64,000 bases of DNA from Hydrolagus affinis (lineage: Eukaryota), in contig JAAILG010000675.1 in NCBI GenBank assembly GCA_012026655.1, positions 1 to 64,000 of the forward strand, read 5' to 3'. The position numbers and the translations under genes were made by a program. The first letter of the stretch is position 1. Each line of letters begins with the position of its first letter. Below the pieces are notes generated by a model. The model was given only the letters and a program-made list of their open reading frames with translations, did no database searches and was not told where the DNA came from. Positions 38,297 to 52,757 of the stretch are shown here, one piece after another.

Positions 38297-39751
38297 TATT
38301 TGGAAAAATAAATTTCAGTTAAAAGATTTTTTTTTCTTAACTGTGTGGTGTATGGTTTGTGTAGGGTTGAATAGAAGGAAATAAAATGTTAAAACTTGTG
38401 GGAGCAAGGGAATGATTCCCAGCCAGAAACTGCCTTCTAATCAAATAAAAGCTTCATGACCAGTGATCATTAGCTACGAGCATTCTTGCATGAGGGCAAA
38501 AGATGATTATGACTCAATGCTTCAACTCACCATTAGAGTAACTTGGATTTTTCTAGTTCATGTGTCCATCAAATCTTCTATTACAGGACAGCATCAGCAA
38601 AATCAGAATTTCACATGTTCACCAATGCTCTGTTGGTGAAACCACTGTCCAATCTTGGATTGAACTTTAAGACCTGGAAGGCTTAATTATCAATCTGTGT
38701 CAAATTAAAAGCTCTCAGCTGGAGAATCGTTTGAGTCACTACAATCGGACTCTGTATCCTTGACTGAGGAGAGGAGAAACAGTCCAGTATCTGGCTTTGG
38801 TTTGTTATCCAGCGCAGTCCTATCCTAAGTGCTGCGTTAGGATACCAGGTGAGAACCGAATTGTGCTTGACTGATGAATCTTCACAGTTTAGTATCCAAA
38901 ATACTACTAGCCTGTGCAGAACGGGTGCTTGAGCTGCATATACTGCAGTACTTAGTGGAGGAAAACACACATTGTGTTTGAAGAACGTATAGCAGATCAG
39001 ATTCATTTTAATCCTTTGTTCAAACAATGTTCTCATCTCATCCTCTGGGTTAAAAATGAAGAATAGAATAGGTGCTGGAGGCGGAGGTTGAGGCATAAAC
39101 AGCATCGATCAGGAGGAGGGGCCACGGCAGGTGAAGGGAAATCAATAACTTTTTCATTGTTCTTTCCCATCCCCCACTTTTTATTACTGCTGGCAATAGT
39201 GTGACCTTGGTAACTATGAAATGAGCAATTTATCACGGCACACCGTTTATTTCTTACGTAATGATTCTACTGCCCTGAGCTGTAAAAGTGGATTGCTGTA
39301 TTCAGCCGACGCAGAGGATAATAATTGAAGGTTAAGGAGAGGTCTGAAAAGAATGGCCACGGGTTTGGAAAGTGAGAGGAAGCAAGGCTTTACATTTTAG
39401 GTGCATTTTTAATATTAATAAACTTTATTTTTCAATCAGATAATGGGTTCCAGTTATGCCCAACAACCATGAAGACCCATGCTAGCGAGTATTGTGTATC
39501 TAACACAGCGCTGCCAATAGCACGTCAACTGGGCAAAGGTAAACTTCACAGGGAGAGTCATAGCTAATTATATTTCAGTTGTGCAAATAAAGGAAGGCTG
39601 TTCAGTCTACGTTCTACACCTTTTATCCAGCTTGTAGTGTAAGCTAGTGGTATGTTTCTTCTGAACAGCTGAAAAGCTTGAGGGTTTGCCAAAGTGTTAC
39701 TTGGAAAGAGTTTGGGCTGATCAGGGCTTATGTGCTTTAAAGACTGCCGAG

Positions 39752-39797
39752 ATGGATGTTTTGGATGAAAATGAGGCCTTGCAGCAGTTTTTTGAAG
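39752..39797 (+). CDS. MYRFL: MYRFL coding exon 1
   Basis: MDVLDENEALQQFFEG, the typical MYRF-family N-terminus. Kozak GAGATGG, donor G|GTAAGT. RAB3IP-MYRFL synteny supports MYRFL over MYRF. Confidence 0.93.
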
Positions 39798-40491
39798 GTA
39801 AGTGAGCCTTCCACAATTTAAAGGAATTTGTACCATAAAGTTGGAAAATTTTCATTCTTGTTTTCACCACACAAAACATTATGTTTATCTTAATCATTGA
39901 CTGTCAGTCCTGATTTGGGGATTATTTTACAGATTTCCTTTATAAATTAGATTTCGATGGCAGTGGTCGACAAGAAGGAGCTGAGGCCTATGGATTATCA
40001 GGAAGAGATGGGAGATGAAACCTAAGGAAAAGGGAAATATATTGGTGAAAGATTAACTCAAAATGTTGTTATACTGTTGCAAAGTGTATAAGAAATAAAT
40101 TACATGCCAGTGAAAAACAGGGTATAATTTGCAACTTCTGCTAACTCACATTAGCATTAAAGAGAAAAGCTTGAGGGCTTGAACAGAAGTACAAAATAAT
40201 ACAGAATTATTTATGGGTTGTTTTTAAGGGAGATGAAAAGAAAATAGAATCCTCCAAAATGAAAGTAAAACACTGCAAAAACCTACAACCAAAATGGCTG
40301 AAATTTCCAAATAAGGAAATGAAAATGAACCAAAAATCAAACAAATGTTTGAAAAGATAGAAGGAAATTTAAAAAAGTACAACACATAAAAACACATAAA
40401 AGACAGCTGATATTAACTAAAAATAGTATTATAGGAACAACAGCAACAAATTACTTTTGTATTTCTGCCTTTCACATTGGGAGAACATCCC

Positions 40492-40805
40492 AATAATAAT
40501 AATCCTTGCATTTGATATAATGCTTTTCATGTCTTTGAGACGTCTCAAAGTGCTTCACAGAATATACTGTAAAGGAATTGATTGTATATTGGTGAGCGAA
40601 ACGCGGCAGCCAATTGCACACAGCGGTGTCCCACAAACAGTCGTGGATTGAAATGATCAATTTTTATTGTTGTGTTTTTTTGGAGTAATTATTATTATTA
40701 GGCGTGTGGAGTATGGAAACGTGCCCAAGGTTTCACCACCCTGCTTAGAATCAAACCCAGATCTCTCTCTTGCAGGGCGAGTGCCCTAACCATTGAGCTA
40801 CAGGT
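40492..40805 (-). mobile_element. tRNA/Deu SINE, full length
   Basis: Matches the family consensus. Confidence 0.88.
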
Positions 40806-42862
40806 ACACCACAAGGCACTGCACACAGAGAGAGGCAAACAATGATTTGTAGCAGAATGTAGCAAGTGGAATCCACAGAAATGTTTTATCTTTGTTCAAC
40901 ACCAAGTTAGAGATCAAATCTTTTTTTTAAGGATAAGGAAGAGATATAAATCAGGAGATCGCAGGAATGTTTAATAAATGAAAAATGGTTAAATCCCAGA
41001 TTTAGTTGTTTTATCTGAGGAATCCTTTCCAAAATATGATGTTATGCTACTGGAGATGTCAAAAAAACAGATTTTCTGGTTGGTTTTGGTGCCTGTAGAC
41101 TCTCACTTGTAGCAATCTCAACAAAATCAGGGCTGTTGAGATTGTTGTAAAGTACAGGCAGCAAAAACGCTAACTGGGCATTCAAGATACACTAAAAGGG
41201 CAGGATGGAAGGTCACTTCTGCAAGAGATACTGAGGAAATCTCTCCCACCACATGGGGGGATTATAGCATGCCTTTTTTCAAGATATACTAGCTTCAGTT
41301 GATGAGATTATCCTGCATCATGAGGTAAACATCACGTAAATCACTGGACTACAATTTCTGTTATTGGCAGACAACAGAAATTTAATCTTGAGCAGTCTCT
41401 AAATGGCAGTAACTTTTCTTGTTTGGTGAATGATTATGTTGCAGAGACACCGAGCATACACTTGTTCTGCTAAAAATCATGCGAAGATCAGTATATGTGC
41501 AAACAACATCCTGATTGAAATGATTTATTTTTAGCCCTTTAAAGTACATTATGGGACCTTATATGGGTGGTGGTAAAGATTGGGAATCATTTCAAGATTT
41601 TCTATATCTGTAAAACACAAACATGAAGTTTTTTTTGCAAACAAACTATAACATGGATTTAATCATCTGTGTGTAATTCATTGGTGTCATTTGTGGGCAA
41701 GTAAGCCACACAACAATAAAAAATAATTCTTGCATTTGATATAGCACTTTTCACATCTTCTAGACGTCTCAAAGTCCTTCACAGAATATACTGTAAAGTG
41801 AATTGACTGTATATTTGTGTATACTGTATCTTACATATACAGTATATATTTTTTATATGTTATATATTTATGTATATCAATACATATTATACACCTAAAC
41901 CACAACATCAGGGTAAATGTTCCAAGGGAAAATTCACTAGTCGTAAAGAAAGTTTTACTGAAACCCCAGCAAAGATATTTTCAGTTATTTATAGCTAAAT
42001 CACTTTTTTTTGCATTGTTCTGCTTGTGATGTGTTATCAGTGGCCTCTGACTTGAGCCACAGGATACAGCAGAGAATTCTCAACAAAAACAATTAGCTTC
42101 TATGGTCCTTAAACACACAAGTCAAGTCAGCCCATAGTACTGTAACTGGTTCTATTTATAGTTTCCTTTTCATTGTTATATTTAATCAACACAATAAATT
42201 GAACTGATAATATATGTGTGGGATTTTTTTGCACCTATTTTGAATACCTCAGTGGAATTATTTTCCCATCATTACCACATATGACCCAAGCCACCTTAAT
42301 GACTTTCTTTCCTCCTCCGCATTCTACCTCCTGTCTCTTTCTGGATATTCTGAGTCCAGTATCCTGGCCTCAATCATCTATCTCATCACCTGTTCATCAC
42401 TTACTGAATGGTTTCTGAATTAAATTATCCTTTAAAATCCTGAACTTGCTTAAAAAAATTCTCAGGATTTATGATTTTGAAAGTTTGAATGTGTTTATAC
42501 CCATTGAAAAAGTTCACAGCTATGTTTGATTTTGATGAAACTGAGCGTTCTGATGTTTCTTTTTTCTAAACTTTTCTATTCAAGTTAATTTATGAAACTT
42601 TATATTGTCTCACCACCAATGAATACTTACCTGACTACTGTTAGCCAATATGATTATTCCCAGCAACTGCAAAAGAATTATAAAAATACTAACATTGCAG
42701 GAAAATGTGTGCGTGTGTATGTGATATTTGGGATTATACCGGAACAGATTTTATATGTTTTTTTGAATAAATTAAAACAACATTTTTCAGCTGTTTTGAA
42801 TCACAATATATATAAAAGATTGAGTCATTCAAAGCAAGACATTGTACTGTACTTCTCATTAG

Positions 42863-42947
42863 GTCACGACATCACTCTGGAGAATCCTTTGGTGGACACC
42901 AGTATGCTGGAAGCCTATATTGGCATTGATTTAGAAGTAGGAGCCCC
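42863..42947 (+). CDS. MYRFL: MYRFL exon 2
   Basis: GHDITLENPLVDTSMLEAYIGIDLEVGAP. Phase 1/2. Confidence 0.92.
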
Positions 42948-43847
42948 GTAAGTATATTATTGTTTCATAGATGACTTATTAAAATGACAAAATGTCAACT
43001 TACCCCTTGTTTTAATTATGATTTTAGTTTAGGTTTCAATTGATTAAAATCCACTTAAAGAAAATAAGTTTTAATTTTTTTATTATCAGGTTTGTTTTAT
43101 TCTCCAGTTATCTGTCTCATTTTCTTGTTTTGTCTCCTTGTTTGAACTCCACCACTGGCTCCATGGGTGTGAGCATTTTAACATTTATTCAAGTCCCCTT
43201 CATGTTTGAGCATAAACAATAGGATTGAAAATATAATTCACTATGCAATCGCCATTTCTACCCAGTATTTTTGCTAACTGGTATGTTTAGACTTTGTAAA
43301 TTCCCATTTGGTAATCATGCCATGAATCTCTCAAATATAATAATAATAATCTTTGCAATTTATATAACGCTTTCCATATTGGGAGATCGTCTCAAAATGT
43401 TTCAATGGATACTACTTTAAAGTGTAGTGACTGTATATTTTGTAGTAAAGTAGTGGATTTAATCAGCAACTTGAATCTAGCTTGCAAAATTGCAATTTGA
43501 TTCCATTCAAAGTGCTTTGAAGACGTGCTAATGTGCTATATCAATTGCAGGGATTACTATTATTACTTTCAGTAGATTATTCAACATCATTCCTACACCT
43601 CAGTCCGGAGTTACTGCACAACAGGAGAGCAGGAATCTCTGGGAGAGGCTGGTAAACTCAATACAGATGAGGAATTAAACCCGAGATCTTCCTTGTCTTT
43701 ATTTCTCAATTCCACTGTGCAATTTGTTTTTAATCTATTTCATTAAAATAAATATATTGAAATATAAAACTTGTACTTTTGTAGTGCCTTCATTGTAGTG
43801 AATTCATTGCATTAGAATTAATAATGATCTCTTTTTGTGTAACACAG

Positions 43848-43909
43848 AGCTTTACCAGATTCACCCCCAGATTCTGGATCTGAGCGATGTTCTCCGTCCC
43901 AGGTGAAAA
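43848..43909 (+). CDS. MYRFL: MYRFL exon 3
   Basis: ALPDSPPDSGSERCSPSQVK, containing the conserved LPDSPPDSGSE motif. Donor A|GTATGT is in phase with the next exon. Confidence 0.9.
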
Positions 43910-45369
43910 GTATGTGACCTTCAGTTCAATAAGTCATTTCTAAATGTTGCCGTACAATAACTAGTGTGGGCTTGAATCATAGAATGGTACAAATCTATGG
44001 TAACAACAGGAAGACATTCAACCCATTGTATTAGTGTTGGAGTACTGTATTATGTATGCGCTCAAAACAAAGCCTTTGAATTGGCAAGAATGTGAAAAAT
44101 AAAGCGAGTATAATCCTGATACTCCTGAGTAGTTTTTAAAGGAAATGGACTGAACTCAAAAGGGCATCTTTGTCCCACATCCAGGAATGTTAAAAAACAG
44201 ATTTCTATAGATGAAGCAGTGCTATTTATTTCAAATTGTTGGAAAATTGAAATACTGTAATATGAAAGTACTGTATGAATCTCTAATAAATAATAGTGTC
44301 TAATTTTCATTGAATAATTCTGTAACATTTGCTTAAAATTCTGTTTTTAAAAAATGCTTAAACTGTGACCACTTGAAGAATGTACAAAATCTACCTGTAC
44401 AAAAATAATTACCATGATTATTATTAATTATTATTATGAAATTTACTGTTGAGGAATTTTGAAATTATTGCTGAGAATTCCTCGAGCCTGGTGGGGATTT
44501 TCCTCATTACTTTACATACTTATTAAAACATACTCAGTGTTTCTTGCATTGAGGGCCTTAACCCAGGTGCAAAACCTGTAGCAAAACTCTTCTTGGATGT
44601 AGAACAGTGGTTTCAAACCAGCTTCTTTAAACAAGCATTGGAATATAGTATACGACTAATTTGAGTAATTATATTTAGTAAGCTTGGAAGAAAGGACCAG
44701 GCATTTTTGGATCTAAGGTTCCCAAAGCTTTCCACTTTATTGTAGATTATAATAGCAATAATACTTGCATTTGATATGGTGCCTTTTCATAACTTCGACA
44801 TTTCATAACATTTCAAAGCACTTCACAGGATATACTGTAAGGTGAATTGACTATATTTTGTGGGCAAAAGATTATAATATAAAGACTAATGCATACAAAA
44901 TTAATTGCTTTGAATATCTCCATTATTGTAGTGTGCAGCTATCAGGATGGTAGAAGGTGAATCAGGTGGACCTTGGTCTTTTTTCACCTTACCCAGTTCT
45001 TTAGAATAGAGAAATCCGAGAACTGTGTTTCACAGCTGTGTTTCACCACCTTGGGACGTCCTCCTAACGTGAAGGACGCTCTACAAATGTAATTTTGATG
45101 TTGTTGTTGTCACACTCCTATCCACCTAACCAATTCAATTCCTCTTTACTCTCCAATTTTTCTTTCTTATCTTTACTTTGTCTGTCAAGAGTTCCACTGG
45201 TTAGCTGGCTTCTCTCTAACACAAAGCTTGCTCCACAGCGACAGAAAGAATGCAGTATACTGACACCACTTTTGACTATCTTAAATCTTCTCTTGATCTT
45301 CTCTCATAACACAGCCTCTGATTACATTTGAACTAATGTGGTGCTGAAATACTTCAATATTTTATGTAG

Positions 45370-45637
45370 ATGTGCAGACCGGTGGCAAGAGGACAACTGG
45401 AATTCATTCCCAAATTGCTCAGATGTCTTCATTGGGCCATCATAAAGCTCCTCTTGGACTCAATGAACTTGTGCTGCCTGCTCATTCTAGTCTATCACAA
45501 CAACATAGACACAGTGAACTTCAGGACAATTGTATGAAACCTAATGTGTCTATGGTTGCCAGCAACAGTACAATAGCCTCCAGCTGCTTGGCTGCACCAA
45601 ACTTTCCTGTTCAGCATAGATCCGATCACCAACCCGA
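45370..45637 (+). CDS. MYRFL: MYRFL exon 4 (low-conservation N-terminal region)
   Basis: Open frame VQTGGKR...RSDHQP. TAG acceptor and GA|GTGAGT donor, phases fit neighbours. Confidence 0.8.
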
Positions 45638-46504
45638 GTGAGTCACACCTACCATTTTACTGCACTCTGTTGGATGTTGAGATGAATCTTAGTGCGATGA
45701 CTCATCTTCAACTCAAAATAAAACAAGCTTCATTGGTGCTCTTCCACATTCCAGCACCAATTGTGCTGGTGGGAGGAGGAGACATTTATGGTCTGCAATA
45801 AAACTAAGGTTGGAAGACTTGAGAAATGTACACTGTAATACTAAAATAATCATGGGTAAAAAAAACATTGATTTGTTCATTTGCTGTGTGGCATACTTTT
45901 TAGTTCACTTTCGAAAGTACATTAAGATGGTACTAAGTATGTGCTTTGCAATTTCTTTCTCTGAACACCACAAAGAATTTGGGAGTTGATCAGACAGATC
46001 ACAAATACCTATTTTCAATCCTATGCTGTCCTACGTACCATCTATGAAAGATGAAATGTGGACGTGCATTCCTCCCTTGTAAACAAATCTGAATCCACTT
46101 ATTGTTGTTAACTTGAAACTTGAAACCATGGTTTTAAATGTTATGATTTAAAATTTCAGTTCAACTTTGTAAATTTCTGATTAACTTACAGGCTCTGGAT
46201 ATACACATCTCACTCTGAGTAACATTAAAATTCCTTAAAACATTAAGTTGCAGAATTCAATTGGTGGAGGCACTTGAACCTCTAAATGCCCCCAGGAATA
46301 TGTGGGGCATCAATTGAAATCACACACTAAAATATTAAGCTTACCTACTAAAATATTAAATAAAGACCTTTCAACATATAATCATATAAGTTAAAATTGA
46401 TAGTGAACAGAACTCACCCCACCCCTGCCACATACACGCGAGCACACACACAACATTCATGATAATGCAGCATTTTTGACATAAAGTTATTTTCTCTGTT
46501 ACAG

Positions 46505-46602
46505 AATATTGATTCAGCAGTCAAAAAAGTGCAAGTATTCAGATACTTGTGAGAACATCGCTGATTGTATGTGGAATAATGTTCAAGACCAAGGAAGTTA
46601 CG
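46505..46602 (+). CDS. MYRFL: MYRFL exon 5 (NLS-position exon)
   Basis: ILIQQSKKCKYSDTCENIADCMWNNVQDQGSY. Good acceptor; bridges phase 2 to phase 1 exactly as exons 4 and 6 require. Confidence 0.8.
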
Positions 46603-46659
46603 GTAGATTTGCCCTGGTTCATTTTTAAAAAAATGTTTGTCCATGTAAATCAATGTATA

Positions 46660-46970
46660 GTTCTGTAGCTTAATGGTTAGAGCGCTCGCCTTACAAGTGA
46701 GAGATCTGGGTTCGATTCCAGGTAGGGCGAAACCTTGGACAAGTTTCTTTACTCCACACACCCAATGATAATCCCTCAAAAAACAATAATCAAATTATTT
46801 CAATCATTTCAATCCACGATCGTTTGTGGGACACTGCTGTGCGCAATTGGCAGCCCCATTTCAGTAGCCCCACCAATATATAGTCAATTCACTTCACAGT
46901 ATATTCTGCAAAGTGCTTTGTTACGTATAGAAGGCATGAATAAGGCACTATATCAAACGCAAGGATTATT
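46660..46970 (+). mobile_element. tRNA/Deu SINE, full length
   Basis: A box TAGCTTAATGG, B box GGTTCGATTCC, plus core and tail. Confidence 0.88.
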
Positions 46971-47730
46971 CCAGTGCCTGGGACATCCTCCTGTTGTTGT
47001 TATTATTAAAGATCTATTAATGTTTAAATCCCGATCAGTGCCAAACAGGGAATCCTTGTTGGAATAGGATTTCCATAAGCTATGGAAAGAACAGCAATTT
47101 GAATCTCGTTGCAGCCTGTATTTAAGGTGATCCTCTTGTAATAATCAATGTTCCTAAAAAGTCATCAGCAGAATAAAAGTCCTACCTCACCAGGTAGAAA
47201 TCAAGATTGTGCAAGTATCTCCACAGCACTGATCAAGCAAGTACTAATCCTCAACTTGGATCTGTTAATTTATACAAAAAACAATTCTGTGATCACCACA
47301 GGATTCCAAAAAGGATTTCGTCATCTCTCTTCAGCTCTGGGTCATTAATTTGATTTGGAGGCATAGCCCCAACAGCTGAAAACAACAATAGGCAAAGTGG
47401 TCTTTCCTGGATAAGTGCCTTTAAACTTGATAGCAGTTAATAATAATATTTTGATAGGCACTTGCGCTTGCCAAAGCAATACAGGTTGACTTTTATACAT
47501 AGCATTGAAGTGGAAAAACAAACTGAGTATAATCAAGCATTATAAAAGTTTTATGAGAATTCTTTTATTTAAAAGCTTACGGTTTCACGGATAGATATTT
47601 GCCCCTTGTCCTGCACATGATCCACACCGACCCAGTGCAATTCATTCATAATAGACTGGCAGCAAAGTAATGCTTTGCACAATCCTCCTGCTTCTCCAAT
47701 GCCAAATATTTATGCATTGGAGTGTGAATT

Positions 47731-47990
47731 TGTGGAGTCCTGTACCTCAGTGGTTGGAGCACTTGCCTTGCAAGCCAGTGCCTGGGTTAGATTCCTGGCA
47801 GGGCGAAACCTTGGGCAAGTTTCCTTACTCCACACGCCTGATAATAATTCCTCCAAAAAAAAAAATAATAATTGGTCATCTCAATCCATGACTGTTTGTG
47901 GGACACTGCTGTGCCTGTTTAGCTGGCATGTTTCACCCACAAAATATAAAGTTAATTCACTTCAACAGTATATTCTGTGAAGCACTTTAG
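47731..47990 (+). mobile_element. tRNA/Deu SINE
   Basis: Matches the family consensus; 3' end truncated. Confidence 0.82.
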
Positions 47991-48060
47991 TAGCATCTCA
48001 GAGTGCTTAATAGCTACAACCATGAAATCCTAGCATCTAATAATTGTTTTCTCCTTGCAG

Positions 48061-48211
48061 TAAAATCGGGAAACTACAATAAAGAAATGTATGGTTATGA
48101 GACTGACAGCCAAAATGGAGCTTCGGTAGACCAGAGTTGTCAGTATTTAAAATGGCAAACTTTCCAGCACAGTCAGTGGGAAGCTGTGTACAACAGCAGC
48201 TATATTGAATT
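48061..48211 (+). CDS. MYRFL: MYRFL exon 6
   Basis: ...DQSCQYLKWQTFQHSQWEAVYNSSYIEL, the start of the DNA-binding region. Confidence 0.92.
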
Positions 48212-48798
48212 GTAAGTGTCCATTAAAAAGATTGTGTTTTTTTCCCCCTTGCAAGCTTCAATAATACTCTTGCATTGTACTTTTAATCAAAAAGTCATGA
48301 TATTTAATGGGATATTTTATCCCATTTATTGTGATCGCTTCAAAGAGACTCTGTTCTGTTTGCACAGACAACACACTAAGAGTCATCCATTAAATGTATA
48401 ATAATTCCTCTAAACATACATGACAGAGATAGTCTAATTAAATAAAGTAGTAAGTCCCGCGATACCCACAGCTGACACAACATGAGCTTCAACCGAAATG
48501 TATCTTCCCTTTTAAACTGGTTAAAATTTTACTGATTTAAAGATATAGAATCACAGCATCGAAGGCCACTCAGACCATTGTGTCTATGCCAAGTCTTTTA
48601 ATGTCCTATTTACTTGCCATTTCCCCATACCCCTTGTAGTTTACTCATTTTTAGATATACAGTAATTAGATATTTTGATTTTTCTGACAAAATGCTTCAA
48701 ATATTCTTTATATGTTTTCTTTTGTGGAACCATTTCAAGGTTATTGTTTTATAAATGGAATATAAATTGTGATGGTGAAATTGTCTGGTTGTGGATAA

Positions 48799-49092
<294 letters not shown>

Positions 49093-50126
49093 TGAAATAG
49101 TGACACTTCCTTTCACATGGAGTGACCGTCAGCAATCACAGCACAAATAAATAGCGGGCAAGGTTTTAATTTGCACTTTTCTAAAAAAGCATTACCCTTT
49201 GGTTTAAAAGTTTGGGAGGTTGAAATTATTAAAGACTAAAATAGTTATGTTTAGAATCAAGTAAATGCCAGATAACTCAACCCTGGCTTAACTCATCATC
49301 ATCACTTAAATCGCCATGTCGGCAATGGGCTTAAAACTGTCAGCATTACATAGAACCCAAGATCATTCCTTGAATCCCCTTACAGTTTGCTCCTAAATCC
49401 GACTAATTGTTCAACACAAAATCATACCATACTACAGTATCAAGGAACAAAAAGGATGCAGAACACTGCCAGAGGAAGGAACTACTCACCTTTGTAATGT
49501 ACCTGTTGCTGACTGATTGTGTTTGAATTATGCTTTTTGTTCTTGGTACTAATTGAAATATGTATAGGTCCATTCCTTCTGTATTTAATTTTTGACTGTA
49601 AGGGTCCAGGTAATCAGCTGCTCAACGATTATTTGTAATGTTCAGTATGTTTTCACTTGTGTGCATATGTGTGTGAAATGTAACGACTGGGAAAGCTGAT
49701 ATCAGTTTTGGATAAACCGATTATGAACTAAATTAGATCCGTTCATGCTAAGGTTCAGTTTGAAAGCCAGAATCATTTTGTACCTCACTTCTTGTGGATT
49801 CTAAACTGGGGAGTTGATTTTGTAATGGCATTTCTCAAGAAGGAATCTATTTTGCGTAATCGAAGGCCCCTAACAATAACTAGATCACACCAAACCTGAG
49901 TGAGCTATGCTCTGATGTGATGTATTTCTGGAGCGGAGTTCCTGCAGCTCAGTGGGGATTTCTTATAGAAAATTAGACCTCTGTGTTTATTTGCTCTCAA
50001 AGACCATTATGGTAGCCTTAACTTTCTCCAACTCAACCTTGACAAAGCAAGGCTGTCCTGCTCGGTTCTTGCAAACAAATCCCCTCAGGCACTGACTGTA
50101 TTGACTGTATTTTCTTTCTACCCAAG

Positions 50127-50203
50127 GCTGAAACTACAAATCAGGTAATCACCATAGAGCAGTCTCAGTCAGACCGCAGCAAAAGACCTTTTAATCCTGT
50201 CAG
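50127..50203 (+). CDS. MYRFL: MYRFL exon 8 (DBD)
   Basis: [25 protein letters not shown]. Donor AG|GTAAGT. Confidence 0.96.
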
Positions 50204-50557
50204 GTAAGTTGTCAGGAGATCACTTGAAAGAATTCAAGTGCTTGAAGGTAATTTTCCAACAAAAGTCACATAAATGGAAGCTAAGGCAATGTAAGTTGTC
50301 GGAGTTGGTTCTGTAAAGCGTGTCTGGGAATCGCGTTATAATATTAGTAATAATAATTTATGTCTTCTAGACATTTCAAAGTGCTTTACAGAATATGCTG
50401 TTAGTCGTTTCTGAGATATCATGGGTGGTCACAACTAAAAATCTGGATGGGACCACTTTCAAATACCATCAAAATGGCAGGTTCTGCAACTTTCGCTTTG
50501 CATTAAGGTAAGCTTACCCAGAATGGCAAATATTTCCACTGTTTTCCTGAGGATTTC

Positions 50558-50897
50558 CGTGGAATCCTGTAGCTCAGTGGTTAGAGCACTTGCCTTGGGC
50601 AAGTTTCCTTATGCCAGACACTTAATAATAATCCCTCGAAATTTTTTTTTTGTCATTACAATAACAACTTCGACAACAACTTTGATTGATATAGCGCCCT
50701 CCACGCCGGATGGCATCTCAGAGCGCTTATTTCAATCCACGACTGTTTGTGGGACACTCCTGTGTGCAATTGGCTGCTGCGTTTCACCCACAAATATAGT
50801 CAATTCACTTTACAGTATATTTTGTGAAGCGCTTTGAGACGTCTAGAAGATGGGAAAAATGTTATATCAAATGCAAGGATTATTATTATTATTATTA
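50558..50897 (+). mobile_element. tRNA/Deu SINE with head deletion and an inserted inverted L2 tail
   Basis: Consensus is interrupted at about 50660-50729 by ACAACAAC...ATATAGCGCCCTCCAC. Confidence 0.75.
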
Positions 50898-51600
50898 TCT
50901 GGTATAAACTGGAATGGGGAGTACAAATCAGACTTCCTGTTCCCTATCTCTTAACTGCTGGAAACCACAGACCAGCTATGTAAATGCTATCCTTTCCAGG
51001 CATTATAGTTGTAGCTTCAAGAGGTTTATGTTCGTGTTGTACTCAGTGAGTCTGTGTGATTGAGGTGCATTAAACAATGAGATATATTGAGCATAAAGTA
51101 CCTCAGATGCTCTGGCAGGGTCAGGGTGACCTGCTGGAGTTTCCTGCAAGACACAGAATAGCAGTGTATCTATATACAATCTTGATCGCGCTTATGCACA
51201 AGGAATTGTACTGTTTCTGCTTTTATATTGGAGGCATCACTATTCAAGTGCCAGGCCAGTGTAACATACAAGCAGATACCACCTCATTCCTGGACAATTT
51301 ACAATCCCTAACGTAGGAGAGGCACAGTAGGTACTGTAGTTATTCTATGTGAAAGCAGTGTTGAGTTGTAACTTTAGCCTTCACTCAACACAAACACTAC
51401 ACTGAATCAATGTTAGATGTGCTAACAGTAAAACAGTACTGTATTGTTCTTTCCTCCTTTTCAATGCAGAGTCAATTCGTGTCGACTCAGACTCAATAGT
51501 GCAGTTAATGGCATTGAAAACAGTGGAACAGTCAGTTGGAAGACTGATGCTGGTAGAAGCCCACTTGTGTTTTGAGTATTTTACAACATAATTACTTACA

Positions 51601-52027
51601 GGAGTCCTATAGCACAGTGGTTAGAGCACGTGCCTTGCATGCGGGAGGACCTGGGGTCTATTCCCGGGCAGGGCGAAACCTTAGGCAAGTTTCATTATTC
51701 CGCATGTCACTGTTTACAGAGCAGTAAGTGGGAACCTGGTTGTTAGTCGATTGCTGTCCAGGCTAGTAATCCCTTTTTAAAAAAAACTCTAAACATTTGT
51801 TCACTCAATCCATGACTTTATGGGACACTGCGGTTCACAATTGGTTGCCACATATTGCCCACAAAATATAAAGTTAATTCATTTTAGCAGTACTGTATAT
51901 TCAGTGAACAGTTTTGAGATGTCTCGAAGACGGGATATGAAAACAACAACAAAATTACACTTGTACAGTGCCCTACACGTCATGAGGACGTCCCAGGGTG
52001 TTATATCAAATGCAAGGATTATTATTA
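51601..52027 (+). mobile_element. tRNA/Deu SINE, long variant, with an inverted L2 tail inside its 3' end
   Basis: Extra block CTGTTTACAGAGCAGTAAGTGGGAACC. L2 tail at about 51942-51998. Confidence 0.78.
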
Positions 52028-52116
52028 ATTAACTTACTGAAAACATTCGAGTAAATTATTGATGTTCTGAGGGTTGATCTTTTGCAGTGAGGATAATAGA
52101 CATACAGTCAAGTTAA

Positions 52117-52503
<387 letters not shown>

Positions 52504-52565
52504 TAATAATTGTTAGTAACTTTACTTCCATCTCTGAAAAGCTGATAAAAGAGGATCACTGTTAA

Positions 52566-52757
<192 letters not shown>

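Noticed and set aside
38683-39105. 140-aa minus-strand ORF between the two genes
   Set aside because: No recognisable domain or exon structure. Nearby + strand donor-like sites (about 38847, 39130) could be MYRFL 5' UTR exons but cannot be supported.
43902-43908. Alternative donor CAG|GTGAAA in MYRFL exon 3
   Set aside because: It would be phase 0 and frameshift exon 4. The A|GTATGT donor at 43909 preserves the frame.
46660-46735. tRNA-like sequence with A and B boxes (also at 32259, 47731, 51601 and minus-strand copies)
   Set aside because: Each runs directly into the SINE body and tail, and the stems are degenerate. These are SINE heads, not tRNA genes.
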